DNA of 64,000 nt from Acidobacteriota bacterium. Its GTDB lineage: Bacteria > Acidobacteriota > Vicinamibacteria > Vicinamibacterales > UBA2999. Positions 1-13,618 of the stretch are shown one piece after another. Numbering within the stretch: the stretch's first letter is position 1; the number at the start of each line of letters is the position of its first letter. Made by a program: the position numbers and the translations under genes. The stretch spans positions 19,833 through 83,832 of the forward strand of contig CAUJDN010000061.1 of assembly GCA_963169195.1 (NCBI GenBank), written 5' to 3'. The notes under the pieces are model-generated. The model did not search any database, had not been told where the DNA came from, and worked only from the letters and a program-made list of their open reading frames with translations.

Positions 1-713
1 TGGTTCCGGATGTTGCGGTGGTGAATGCCAGCGATCGCTACGGGCTCATCGCCATCCAGGGTCCCCGCGCGCAGGACATCCTGCAGACGCTCACCGCCGT
101 CGACCTGTCCGCCATCAAGTACTACTGGTTCGCGCACGGCGAGGTGGCGGGTGTGCGCGCCACCGTGTCACGCACCGGGTATACCGGCGAGGACGGCTTC
201 GAGGTGATGGTGCCGTCGGCCATGACCGTGCGCGTGTGGGAGGCGCTGCTCGCGGCCGGCCGGCCCCTCGGGCTCGTCCCCGCGGGCCTGGGCGCACGCG
301 ACACGCTGCGCCTCGAAGCCTCGATGCGCCTGTACGGCAACGACATGGACGAGACCTCCACCGTGCTCGATGCGGATCTGGGCTGGATCGTCGGCTGGAA
401 GAAGCCCGCCTTCCTCGGACACGATGCCCTGCACGCGCAGAAGGCCGCGGGCGTGACGAAGAAGCTGGTGGGCTTCGAGATGCGGGACCGCGCCATCGCG
501 CGGCACGGCCACGCCGTGTTCCACGACGGATCGCAGGTGGGCGTCGTCACCAGCGGCACGCAGACCCCGTACCTGAAGAAGGCCATTGGCATGGCCTATG
601 TGCCGCCCGGTCTCGCCGCGCCCGGCACCGCGCTCGACATCGACATCCGCGGCCGCCGCGCCCGGGCCGTCGTCGTGCCGATGCCCTTCTACAAGCGCGA
701 GAAGCCGGCCTAG
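1..713 (+). CDS. gcvT: Glycine cleavage system aminomethyltransferase GcvT, C-terminal part (5' end is upstream of the window)
   Basis: The frame is open to the window edge. The translation (..[11 protein letters not shown].., ..[12 protein letters not shown].., ..[10 protein letters not shown]..) is typical of GcvT. gcvH and gcvP follow directly. Confidence 0.9.
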   Translation, partial: VPDVAVVNASDRYGLIAIQGPRAQDILQTLTAVDLSAIKYYWFAHGEVAGVRATVSRTGYTGEDGFEVMVPSAMTVRVWEALLAAGRPLGLVPAGLGARDTLRLEASMRLYGNDMDETSTVLDADLGWIVGWKKPAFLGHDALHAQKAAGVTKKLVGFEMRDRAIARHGHAVFHDGSQVGVVTSGTQTPYLKKAIGMAYVPPGLAAPGTALDIDIRGRRARAVVVPMPFYKREKPA

Positions 714-779
714 TCGCCCCGAGCCCTGAGAAGCCAGAACGCCGAGCACCCCGGAACCCCGAGAACCCGAGAGCCCCAG

Positions 780-1157
780 ATGTCCTACCCGACCGACCTC
801 AAGTACACGAAAGAGCACGAGTGGATCCGCCTCGAAGGCGAGACGGGCACCGTCGGCATCACCGACTTCGCGCAGCAGCAGCTGGGCGACGTCGTGTACG
901 TGGAACTGCCCGAGGTGGGCGCCACGCTGACGGCGGGCCAGGTGTTCGGCACCATCGAGTCGGTGAAGGCGGTCTCCGAGCTCTTCGCGCCGGTCAGCGG
1001 CGAGGTGGTGGAGGTCAACGCCAGCCTCAAGGACCGGCCCGAGGACGTCAACGGCAAGCCGCACGAGGCGTGGATGGTGAAGGTGAAGCTCTCGACTCCC
1101 GGCGAGGCCGGCGCGCTGATGGACGCCGCGGCTTACGAGGCGCTGCTGGCCAAGTGA
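780..1157 (+). CDS. gcvH: Glycine cleavage system H protein (lipoyl carrier)
   Basis: 125 aa, [20 protein letters not shown]..; lipoyl-lysine motif ..[11 protein letters not shown]..; lies between gcvT and gcvP. Confidence 0.95.
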   Translation: MSYPTDLKYTKEHEWIRLEGETGTVGITDFAQQQLGDVVYVELPEVGATLTAGQVFGTIESVKAVSELFAPVSGEVVEVNASLKDRPEDVNGKPHEAWMVKVKLSTPGEAGALMDAAAYEALLAK

Positions 1158-4033
1158 GCACCTTCGATCCGCTCGACACGTTTGCGCCCCGTCATATCGG
1201 TCCGCGCGGCGCGGATCGGGAGGCGATGCTGAAGGCCGTGGGCGCGCCCTCGCTCGACGCGCTCATCGACCAGGCGGTTCCGGCCGGCATCCGCCTGTCG
1301 GCGCCCCTCGCGCTGCCGCCCGCCGAGAGCGAGTCCGCGTACCTCGCGCGGCTCGAGGCCATCGCTGCCAGGAACACGGTCTTCCGCAGTTTCATCGGCC
1401 TCGGGTACCACGACACCATCACGCCGGGCGTCATCAAGCGGATGGTCTTCGAGAACCCCGGCTGGTACACGCCGTACACGCCGTACCAGGCCGAGATCGC
1501 GCAGGGCCGCCTCGAATCGCTCCTCAACTTCCAGACGATGGTCACGGACCTGACCGCGATGGAGGTCGCCAACGCGTCGCTGCTGGACGAGGGCACGGCT
1601 GCCGGAGAGGCGATGACCCTGCTCCACCGGGTGCAGGGGAAGAAGCTCGGCGACCACGCGGGCGTCTTCCTCGTGTCCGATCGGGTCTTCCCGCAGACGC
1701 TCGCCGTGCTGCAGAGCCGCGCGGAGCCGCTCGGCATCGAGCTGCGCGTGGGCCCAGCGGACCAGATGGCGTTCGACGGCCCCGTGTTCGGGGCCCTCGT
1801 GCAGTACCCAGACGAGGCGGGGCGCCTGGACGATCTGCGGCCGTTCATCGCGCGCGCGCACGAGGCGGGCGTGCTGGTGGCGGTCGCCACGGACCTGCTG
1901 GCCCTCGCCGTCGTGACGCCGCCGGGCGAGATGGGCGCCGACATCGTCTTCGGCAACTCGCAGCGCTTCGGGGTCCCGCTGGGCTACGGCGGGCCGCACG
2001 CCGCGTTCTTCGCCACGCGCGAGGAGCACGTCCGGCACATGCCCGGCCGCATCATCGGCGTGTCGGTGGACGCGCAGGGGCACACCGCCTACCGCATGGC
2101 GCTGCAGACGCGCGAGCAGCACATCCGCCGCGAGAAGGCCACGTCCAACATCTGCACGGCTCAGGCGCTGCTGGCGAACATGGCGGCGATGTACGCCGTG
2201 TACCACGGGCCCGACGGCCTGCGCGCCATCGCGTCGCGCGTGCACGCGCTGGCGCACGCGCTGGCGGCCGCCCTCGAGCAGCTGGGCTACACGCAGGAGA
2301 ACCCGCACTACTTCGACACGCTGCGCCTCACCACGGCCGACGCCGCACAGACGACGGCCATCCTCGACCGGGCCGCGGCACACCACATCAACCTCCGCCG
2401 CGTGGACGGCACCTCCATCGGCATCGCGCTGGACGAGACGGTCACCCTTCCCGACCTCGTGGCGCTCGTCGAGGCCTTCGCGCTCGCCGCCGACAGGCAG
2501 GGCGCCGTGCCGCTGGCCACGCCCGACGATCCACTCGCGGACCTGCCGGCCCCCCTCCGGCGCACGAGCGCGTTCCTGACGCACCCGGTGTTCACCCGCC
2601 ATCGCTCGGAGACCGAGATGATGCGCTACATCCGGAGCCTCGAGCGGAAGGACGTGGGGCTGGACACGTCGATGATCGCGCTCGGCTCGTGCACGATGAA
2701 ACTGAACGCCGCGACCGAGATGGCCCCGGTGTCGTGGCCGGCCTTCTCGCGGCTGCACCCCTTCGCTCCGGCGGAGCAGGCCGAGGGCTACCGGCAGATC
2801 TGCGCGGAGCTCGAGTCGGCGCTCTGCGAGGTCACCGGCTTTGCGGCCGTGTCGCTGCAACCCAACTCCGGGGCGCAAGGCGAGTTCGCGGGCCTGGCGG
2901 TCATCCGCGCCCACCACCGGGCGCGCGGGCAGGAGCACCGGGACGTGGTGCTCATTCCCGCGTCGGCCCACGGCACCAACCCGGCGTCGGCCATCATGGC
3001 CGGCTTCCGGGTCGTCGTCGTGGCGACGGCGCCGAACGGGAACGTCGACGTGGCGGACCTGAAGGCCAAGGCCGCCGCCCATGCCGACGCGCTGGCGGCG
3101 CTGATGATCACCTACCCGTCCACGCACGGTGTGTTCGAGGACACCATCACGGAGATCTGCGAGGTCATCCACGAGCACGGTGGGCAGGTCTACATGGACG
3201 GCGCCAACATGAACGCGCAGGTGGGCCTCACCAGCCCCGCGTCGATTGGCGCGGACGTGTGCCACCTGAACCTCCACAAGACCTTCGCCATCCCGCACGG
3301 CGGCGGCGGCCCCGGCATGGGCCCCATCGGCGTGGCCGCGCACCTGGCCCCGTATCTTCCCGGCCACCCGCTGGTCGCCGTCGGCGGCACGAAGGCCATC
3401 CCCGCCGTGTCGGCCGCGCCGTGGGGGAGCGCCAGCATCCTGCTCATCTCCTACGGCTATGTCCGCATGCTGGGCGCGCAGGGCATGACCGACGCCACGC
3501 GCCACGCCATCCTCAACGCGAACTACGTCAAGGCGCGGCTCGAGCCGCACTACCCGGTGCTCTACGCGCGCGAGAACGGGCGCGTGGCCCACGAGCTGAT
3601 CTTCGACCTGCGGGCCTTCAAGGCGAAGGGCGTGGACGAGATCGACGTGGCCAAGCGCCTGATGGACTACGGCTTCCACGCGCCAACGGTGTCGTTCCCG
3701 GTCGCGGGCACGCTCATGGTCGAGCCGACCGAGAGCGAGCCGAAGGCGGAGCTGGATCGCTTCTGCGACGCGCTCATCGCCATCCGTCAGGAGATCGAGG
3801 AGGTCATCACCGGCGCGGCGGATCCGAAGGACAACGTCCTGAAGAACGCGCCGCACACCGCCGCCGTGGTCACGGCGGACACATGGACGCGCCCGTACTC
3901 GCGCGAGAAGGCCGCCTTCCCGCTGCCGTGGGTCAAGGCCGGCAAGGTGTGGCCGGCCGTCGGGCGCATCGACAACCCGTACGGCGACCGCAACCTCGTC
4001 TGCGTCTGTCCGCCGATGGAGAGCTACGCGTGA
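1154..4033 (+). CDS. gcvP: Glycine dehydrogenase (decarboxylating) GcvP, single-chain form
   Basis: A GTG at 1154 overlaps the gcvH stop (GTGA). The protein starts [17 protein letters not shown].. and carries the PLP-lysine motif ..[19 protein letters not shown]... The upstream part of ORF 236..4033 overlaps gcvT/gcvH out of frame and is not coding. Confidence 0.93.
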   Translation: MSTFDPLDTFAPRHIGPRGADREAMLKAVGAPSLDALIDQAVPAGIRLSAPLALPPAESESAYLARLEAIAARNTVFRSFIGLGYHDTITPGVIKRMVFENPGWYTPYTPYQAEIAQGRLESLLNFQTMVTDLTAMEVANASLLDEGTAAGEAMTLLHRVQGKKLGDHAGVFLVSDRVFPQTLAVLQSRAEPLGIELRVGPADQMAFDGPVFGALVQYPDEAGRLDDLRPFIARAHEAGVLVAVATDLLALAVVTPPGEMGADIVFGNSQRFGVPLGYGGPHAAFFATREEHVRHMPGRIIGVSVDAQGHTAYRMALQTREQHIRREKATSNICTAQALLANMAAMYAVYHGPDGLRAIASRVHALAHALAAALEQLGYTQENPHYFDTLRLTTADAAQTTAILDRAAAHHINLRRVDGTSIGIALDETVTLPDLVALVEAFALAADRQGAVPLATPDDPLADLPAPLRRTSAFLTHPVFTRHRSETEMMRYIRSLERKDVGLDTSMIALGSCTMKLNAATEMAPVSWPAFSRLHPFAPAEQAEGYRQICAELESALCEVTGFAAVSLQPNSGAQGEFAGLAVIRAHHRARGQEHRDVVLIPASAHGTNPASAIMAGFRVVVVATAPNGNVDVADLKAKAAAHADALAALMITYPSTHGVFEDTITEICEVIHEHGGQVYMDGANMNAQVGLTSPASIGADVCHLNLHKTFAIPHGGGGPGMGPIGVAAHLAPYLPGHPLVAVGGTKAIPAVSAAPWGSASILLISYGYVRMLGAQGMTDATRHAILNANYVKARLEPHYPVLYARENGRVAHELIFDLRAFKAKGVDEIDVAKRLMDYGFHAPTVSFPVAGTLMVEPTESEPKAELDRFCDALIAIRQEIEEVITGAADPKDNVLKNAPHTAAVVTADTWTRPYSREKAAFPLPWVKAGKVWPAVGRIDNPYGDRNLVCVCPPMESYA

Positions 4034-4057
4034 GCCGTGAGCCGTGAGCCGTCGCCC
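4030..4057. repeat. 7-bp tandem array (GTGAGCC)x3 plus a degenerate unit, starting at the gcvP stop codon
   Basis: GTGAGCC GTGAGCC GTGAGCC GTCGCCC. The first TGA (4031) is the gcvP stop. The 7-nt period puts TGA in all three frames. Confidence 0.9.
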
Positions 4058-4134
4058 GTAGGATCCACGGCACCGACGACGCGACGCCCAGACCCAGGAC
4101 TCCAGACCCACGTCCCAAGACCCGAGGCCCGGCG

Positions 4135-5721
4135 ATGCGGATCCTGAACGCCGACCAGATGCGGGAGGCCGATCGCGCCACCATCCACGACGTCGGGATC
4201 CCCGCGATCGTGTTGATGGAGAACGCGGGCCGGCAGGTCGTGGCCGCCGTTGAATCGCTCTACGACGACCTCGCCGAGCGGCAGGTGGCCGTCATCGCCG
4301 GCCGGGGCAACAACGGCGGCGACGGGTTCGTCGTGGCGCGCACGCTGCACCAGCGCGGCGTGGACACCACCGTGTTCCTGGTCGGGCGCGTCGCCGAGGT
4401 GAAGGGCGACGCCCGCACGAACCTCGACATCCTCGGGCGCCTCGGCGTCACCGTCGTCGAGGTCGCGGACGAGGGCGCGTGGGAGCTGCACTTCTCCGAA
4501 ATCAGCCGGCACGATCTCCTCGTGGACGCGCTGTTCGGCACGGGCCTCAAGACCGCGCTCTCGGGCCTCTACCAGACCGTCGTGGCCGACCTCAACGGCA
4601 GTGGCATCCCCATCGTGTCCATCGACCTGCCTTCCGGGATGTCGGCGGATACGCCGGACCTCATCGGGGACTGTGTGGAGGCGTCGGTGACGGTCACGCT
4701 GGGCGCGCCGAAGCTGCCGCTCATCCTGCCGCCGGCGGAACAGAAGTCGGGCGAGGTGGTGATTGCGGACATCGGCATCCCGATGGGGGTCATCGATCAG
4801 CTCGAGGGGCCCCACATCGAGCTGGTCACGCGCGAGCGCCTCCGGCCGCTGGTCGCGCCTCGCGCGCCGGACGCGCACAAGGGCGACTTCGGCCGCGTGC
4901 TCATCGTGGCGGGTTCGGTGGGGAAGACCGGCGCGGCCGCGCTGGCGGCGCAAGGGGCGCTGCGCTCCGGCGCGGGGCTCGTGACCATCGCGTGCCCGCG
5001 GTCCTGCCAGCCCGTTGTCGCGGCCCACGGGCTCGAGTACATGACCGAGCCGCTCGACGAGACACCCGCCGGGACGGTGCACTTCTCGGCCGCGGAGAGC
5101 GTGCTGGGGCTGGACGCGGACGTGCTGGTGGCCGGCCCCGGCCTGGGGCGCGGCGAGGGGGTGGCCACCTTCGTGCGCGAGGTGGTGGAGAAGAGCGAGG
5201 CGCCGCTCGTCCTCGACGCGGATGCCCTCAACGCGTTCGCCGACGAACCGGCGGCGCTCGTCGGACGGGATGGGCGGGACATCATCATCACGCCGCATCC
5301 CGGCGAGATGGCGCGGCTGGCGGGATGCACGGCCGACGACGTGCAGGCGAATCGGCTTGGCATGGCGAGCGACTTCGCGCGCCGTCACAGGCTGTACGTC
5401 GTGTTGAAGGGCTATCGCACGCTGATCGCCACGCCGTCGGGCCGCGTCTTCGTCAATCCCACGGGCTCGCCGGGCATGGCGACCGGAGGCACGGGAGACG
5501 TGCTCGCGGGCATGCTGGGGGCATGGCTGGCGCAGCTGCTCGACGCCGAGGCCGCCTGCCGCCTGGCGGTGTACCTCCACGGTGCTGCGGGCGAGCTGGC
5601 CGACGCCGATACCGGCGAGGTGTCGATGACAGCCGGGGATCTGGCGGAGCACATCGGCGACGCCGTGCTCGAACTGAGCGCCCGTCGGCGCGTGCCCGTG
5701 CGCCGCGCGCAGGAGGAATGA
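4135..5721 (+). CDS. nnr: Bifunctional NAD(P)H-hydrate repair enzyme (epimerase / ADP-dependent dehydratase, YjeF family)
   Basis: 528 aa. N-terminal YjeF_N (..AGRGNNGGDGFVVAR..) and C-terminal carbohydrate-kinase-like part (..KGDFGRVLIVAGS.., ..GTGDVLAGM..). Confidence 0.9.
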   Translation: MRILNADQMREADRATIHDVGIPAIVLMENAGRQVVAAVESLYDDLAERQVAVIAGRGNNGGDGFVVARTLHQRGVDTTVFLVGRVAEVKGDARTNLDILGRLGVTVVEVADEGAWELHFSEISRHDLLVDALFGTGLKTALSGLYQTVVADLNGSGIPIVSIDLPSGMSADTPDLIGDCVEASVTVTLGAPKLPLILPPAEQKSGEVVIADIGIPMGVIDQLEGPHIELVTRERLRPLVAPRAPDAHKGDFGRVLIVAGSVGKTGAAALAAQGALRSGAGLVTIACPRSCQPVVAAHGLEYMTEPLDETPAGTVHFSAAESVLGLDADVLVAGPGLGRGEGVATFVREVVEKSEAPLVLDADALNAFADEPAALVGRDGRDIIITPHPGEMARLAGCTADDVQANRLGMASDFARRHRLYVVLKGYRTLIATPSGRVFVNPTGSPGMATGGTGDVLAGMLGAWLAQLLDAEAACRLAVYLHGAAGELADADTGEVSMTAGDLAEHIGDAVLELSARRRVPVRRAQEE

Positions 5722-6170
5722 CCGGGACCTTCCGCTCGGGCTCGGAAGCACAGACCCGTGCGATGGCCGCCGGGCTGGCCGCCGGCCTCCAGCCCGGTGC
5801 CGTGCTGCTCATCTCCGGGGATCTCGGAGCCGGGAAGACGGCCTTCGTGCGGGGCCTGGCCGAAGGGCTCGGCCTGGATCCCGCGGAGGTGACCAGCCCC
5901 ACCTTCACGCTCGTCCACGAGTATCGGGGCGGGCGCCTGCCGCTCCTCCACGTGGACCTCTATCGCCTGGAGACAGCGGACCTCGACGAGATCGGCCTCG
6001 ACACCGACCTGGCCGCGGAGGGCGTGATTGCGGTGGAGTGGCCCGAGCGCCTCACGCGTGGCGTGCCCGGCGCCATCCGCGTCACCATCGAGGACGCCGG
6101 CGGCGACGCGCGTATCGTGAGGGTGTCAGGGGAACACGAAGGGCACGAAGGACGCACGAAGCACGCATGA
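5718..6170 (+). CDS. tsaE: tRNA t6A37 threonylcarbamoyl-transfer ATPase TsaE
   Basis: The ATG at 5718 overlaps the nnr stop (ATGA). P-loop ..GDLGAGKTAFVRG.., plus ..SPTFTLVHEY.. and ..HVDLYRL... The last 13 aa (GEHEGHEGRTKHA) are encoded by a CACGAAGG repeat array. Confidence 0.88.
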   Translation: MTGTFRSGSEAQTRAMAAGLAAGLQPGAVLLISGDLGAGKTAFVRGLAEGLGLDPAEVTSPTFTLVHEYRGGRLPLLHVDLYRLETADLDEIGLDTDLAAEGVIAVEWPERLTRGVPGAIRVTIEDAGGDARIVRVSGEHEGHEGRTKHA

Positions 6171-6272
6171 GGGAAGAACGGCCGCAGGGACTGGGACGCG
6201 GCCACAGCAGGGTCCGAGTTCCTTGATTCTCCTTCGCCTTCGTGTGTGCTTCTTCGCGTCCTTCGTGTTCCC
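6130..6272. terminator. Long imperfect inverted repeat built from CACGAAGG / CCTTCGTG units between convergent tsaE and guaB
   Basis: GGGAACACGAAGG (6130..6142) is a perfect 13-bp complement of CCTTCGTGTTCCC (6260..6272). More partial unit pairing lies inside. The left arm is the tsaE 3' coding end. Confidence 0.45.
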
Positions 6273-6280
6273 GAGGGCCG

Positions 6281-10771
<4,491 letters not shown>

Positions 10772-10817
10772 GTAGGAGTGAAGGCGGGGTGCCTATTCCT
10801 ACAAGTATACAGGCTTG

Positions 10818-11744
10818 TCAGTTCGCGCTGCTGCTGCCGCGGCGCGCGTTGAGCAGGAACTGCAGGGGATTGAGGATCCGTCCGTTCACGCGGACCTCGT
10901 AGTGCAGGTGCGGTCCCGTGGCACGCCCCGTGGCCCCGACCAGGCCGATGAGGTCGCCCCGCTTCACGGCCTGGCCGCGCTGGGTGCGGAACGCCGAGAG
11001 GTGCCCGTAGCGCGACTCGAGGCCGAACTGGTGATCGATGACGACGAGGTTACCGTAGGCGCCGGAGAACGACGCCTGCGTGACCGTGCCGTCGGCCGTC
11101 GCGTAGACCGGTGTGCCGCGGTCGGCGGAGATGTCGAGGCCGGGGTGGTAGTCGGCCTCGCCCGTGAACGGGTCCGCCCGTCCGCCCGTGCGTGACGAGA
11201 GCCATCCGTGCGCCGGCCAGATGGACGGCGTGGCCGCGGCGAGCGCGTTGCGGCGATCCACGTCCGATCGCACGAGGCGCAGCCGGCTCTCGATGCCTTG
11301 CAGGAGGTCGCGCAGCAACCCGAAGGTATCCTCCGGCGAGGACAGGGCCGGCGTGAGCGCCGCGAGAGAGGTCTCGCTCGATCCACCCCCCATCGCACGG
11401 TTCTTCACGATGGCGGGCAGCTTGTCCATCGCCGACTGCAGCGCCGGGTCGAGGGCGGCACGGCCACCAAGGTCCGAAACGGCCGCCTGCAGCGCGGTGA
11501 TCTGGCCGGTGAGCGCCTCGGTGGCGCCGCGGAAGCTGCTGTTCTCCAGCTCGAGCGCAACGTGGGTCGCGTACAGATCCGCCACCTCGGCCTTCGCCTT
11601 CCACGCCGCGCCCAGCCCGATGAGGATGGGCAGGGTGAGCACTGTCCCCACGACCGACAGCAGCGGCCGCAGCCCGATAGTGAAACGTCGCACAACACCC
11701 GTGCGGCGATCGGCGACGACAACAGTGTAGCGATTCGACAGCAT
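10818..11744 (-). CDS. M23 family metallopeptidase (membrane anchor + coiled coil + LytM domain)
   Basis: C-terminal ..HPGLDISADRGTPVYATADG..GNLVVIDH..GATGRATGPHLHYEV.. retains the M23 metal ligands. The N-terminus has a TM helix. Confidence 0.88.
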   Translation of the reverse strand: MLSNRYTVVVADRRTGVVRRFTIGLRPLLSVVGTVLTLPILIGLGAAWKAKAEVADLYATHVALELENSSFRGATEALTGQITALQAAVSDLGGRAALDPALQSAMDKLPAIVKNRAMGGGSSETSLAALTPALSSPEDTFGLLRDLLQGIESRLRLVRSDVDRRNALAAATPSIWPAHGWLSSRTGGRADPFTGEADYHPGLDISADRGTPVYATADGTVTQASFSGAYGNLVVIDHQFGLESRYGHLSAFRTQRGQAVKRGDLIGLVGATGRATGPHLHYEVRVNGRILNPLQFLLNARRGSSSAN

Positions 11745-11900
11745 CTGAGATTGTGTATCGGCCCCGGCCCTTCAGGCGCCAGCCGGGGAGCCGGTTCACC
11801 AGGGGCTCGCGAACCGACCGACGCTGAAGGGTAGCACGGCGATCCAATCAGCTGAACAGGAAACTGCCAGGCCAGGAATACATTCGTCTTTTGATCGCTG

Positions 11901-13412
11901 TCAGGCCTGCTCCACGAACCGATACTGCAAGGCCTCCGCGAGGTGCGCCTCGACGATGCGGGCGGTACCCTCGAGGTCGGCAATCGTGCGGGCGACGCGC
12001 AGGACCCGGTGGTAGGCCCGCGCCGACAACGACAGGCGCTCGGCCGAACGGTCCAGCAGCTCACGCCCACGCGTGTCGAGGGCGCACGCCTTCTGCAGGC
12101 CTCGAGCGGGCAGGCGGGCATTCAGCAGCGGCTGCCGTCGCGCCTGCCGCTCGCGGGCCTCGAGGACGCGCCGCCGCACGGCAGATGAGGCCTCGCCCTG
12201 CGTGCCGCTGGCCAGGGCCCCGACGGGTACGGGTTCCACTTCCACGATGAGGTCCAGGCGATCGCGGAGCGGGCCCGAGATGCGCGCACGGTACCGATCG
12301 ATCTGCGGCGGCGTGCAGCGGCACGCGCGGGTGGAACTGCCGGCGTACCCGCAGGGACACGGGTTCATCGCGGCCACCAGCATGAACCGCGCGGGGAAGG
12401 CCACCGACCGCGCGGCCCGCGACACGGTGATGCATCCCTCCTCGACGGGCTGCCGCAGCGAGTCGAGGACGCGCCGGTCGAACTCCGGCATCTCGTCGAG
12501 GAAGAGCACGCCGTGGTGCGCCAGGCTGACCTCGCCAGGCCGCGGCTGCGATCCGCCGCCGACCAGCGCCGCGTCCGAGATCGTGTGATGCGGTGCGCGG
12601 AAGGGGCGGTCCGCGAGCAGGCCGCACCCGGGCGGAATGAGCCCCGCCACGGAGTGGATGGCCGTGGCCTCGAGCGCCTCTTCGAACTCGAGCGGTGGCA
12701 GGATGCCCGGCAGGCGCCGCGCGAGCATGGTCTTGCCGGCCCCCGGGGGGCCAATCATCAGCAGGTTGTGGCCGCCTGCCGCCGCCACCTCGAGCGCGCG
12801 GCGGGCGAAGGCCTGGCCGCGCAAGTCCGCCAGGTCCAGGCCGTCGCCGGATGCCGGCATCGGTCGGGCGTCCGGCCGCGGCGGCTCGGGCCACGCCTCG
12901 CGGGCCTGGTTCAGGAGCCCGACCGCCTCGGCCAGCGTCCGCACCGGCAAGAGGCGGAGGCCGTTCACCACCGAGGCCTCCACCGCGTTGCCGGCCGGGA
13001 GCAACAGCGCGGCAGCGCCCTGCTGGCGCGATGCCACCGCGATGGGCAGGATCCCGCGCGCCGTGTGAATGGTCCCGTCCAACGACAGTTCGCCGACGAT
13101 GACGATGTCGCGGATGTCGCGCGTAAGGACGATGCCGCTGGCGGCCAGGACGCCGAGCGCGATGGGCAGGTCGAACGAGGCCCCCGCCTTCCGCACGTCC
13201 GCCGGCGCCATGTTGATGACGATGCGATGCTGGGGGAAGTCGAAGCCGGAATTGCGGATGGCGGCGTGCACGCGGTCGCGGCTCTCCTTGACACTGGTGT
13301 CGGCCAGGCCGACCAGCTGGAACCTCGGGAGGCCGAAGCACAGGTCCACTTCGATGTGAACCGGGCTGGCCTCGATGCCGATGACGGCCGCGCTCTCGAG
13401 GCTGGCAAGCAT
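11901..13412 (-). CDS. comM: YifB/ComM family Mg-chelatase-like AAA+ ATPase
   Basis: Lon-protease-like N-domain and Walker A ..GPPGAGKTMLARR... The preferred start is Met20 of ORF 11901..13469 (MLASLESAAV..), which is typical for the family. The longer start at 13469 cannot be excluded. Confidence 0.87.
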   Translation of the reverse strand: MLASLESAAVIGIEASPVHIEVDLCFGLPRFQLVGLADTSVKESRDRVHAAIRNSGFDFPQHRIVINMAPADVRKAGASFDLPIALGVLAASGIVLTRDIRDIVIVGELSLDGTIHTARGILPIAVASRQQGAAALLLPAGNAVEASVVNGLRLLPVRTLAEAVGLLNQAREAWPEPPRPDARPMPASGDGLDLADLRGQAFARRALEVAAAGGHNLLMIGPPGAGKTMLARRLPGILPPLEFEEALEATAIHSVAGLIPPGCGLLADRPFRAPHHTISDAALVGGGSQPRPGEVSLAHHGVLFLDEMPEFDRRVLDSLRQPVEEGCITVSRAARSVAFPARFMLVAAMNPCPCGYAGSSTRACRCTPPQIDRYRARISGPLRDRLDLIVEVEPVPVGALASGTQGEASSAVRRRVLEARERQARRQPLLNARLPARGLQKACALDTRGRELLDRSAERLSLSARAYHRVLRVARTIADLEGTARIVEAHLAEALQYRFVEQA

Positions 13413-13590
13413 GCGCTCCGACGAGAGCAACCAATGTGCCCCGGCTGACGCGCGCAGGTTCCCGCGCAAAATCGCCGGGTGGGCCGCGGATGGCGGCCTG
13501 CGGATCGCAGGAGTTGCGCGACGCGCGCCCGTGGAGGTGCGCGCTTGCTGCGACGTGGTGCGACGACGGCTCGAGCCTCGTCAGGGAGAG

Positions 13591-13610
13591 GCGCGCCCGC
13601 GCGGGCGCGC
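13591..13610. terminator. Perfect 20-nt GC palindrome GCGCGCCCGCGCGGGCGCGC just downstream of the mltD-like stop
   Basis: Read directly. Lies 9 nt beyond the stop at 13619 on the minus strand. No U-tract, so function is uncertain. Confidence 0.3.
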
Positions 13611-13618
13611 TGGCCGGG

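Noticed and set aside
236-1153. An N-terminal 306-aa extension of the gcvP ORF (236..4033).
   Set aside because: It overlaps gcvT and gcvH in other frames and translates to Arg/Pro-rich nonsense. The real GcvP begins at GTG 1154 ([10 protein letters not shown]..).
1133-4111. A 992-aa minus-strand ORF.
   Set aside because: It is antisense to gcvP, which has unmistakable family motifs. Its composition is Arg/Gly/Asp-rich with no motifs, so it is a GC artefact.
4024-5751. A 575-aa minus-strand ORF and a 563-aa plus-strand ORF (4479..6170) overlapping nnr.
   Set aside because: Both are alternative frames of the nnr region with Arg/Gly/Ala-rich nonsense. Only the last 150 aa of the 4479..6170 frame (from ATG 5718) is real, and that is tsaE.
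11855-11880. A sigma-54 promoter upstream of the M23 peptidase (minus strand CTGGCAGTTTCCTGTTC).
   Set aside because: A -24 TGGCA is present, but the -12 GC element is missing at the correct spacing.
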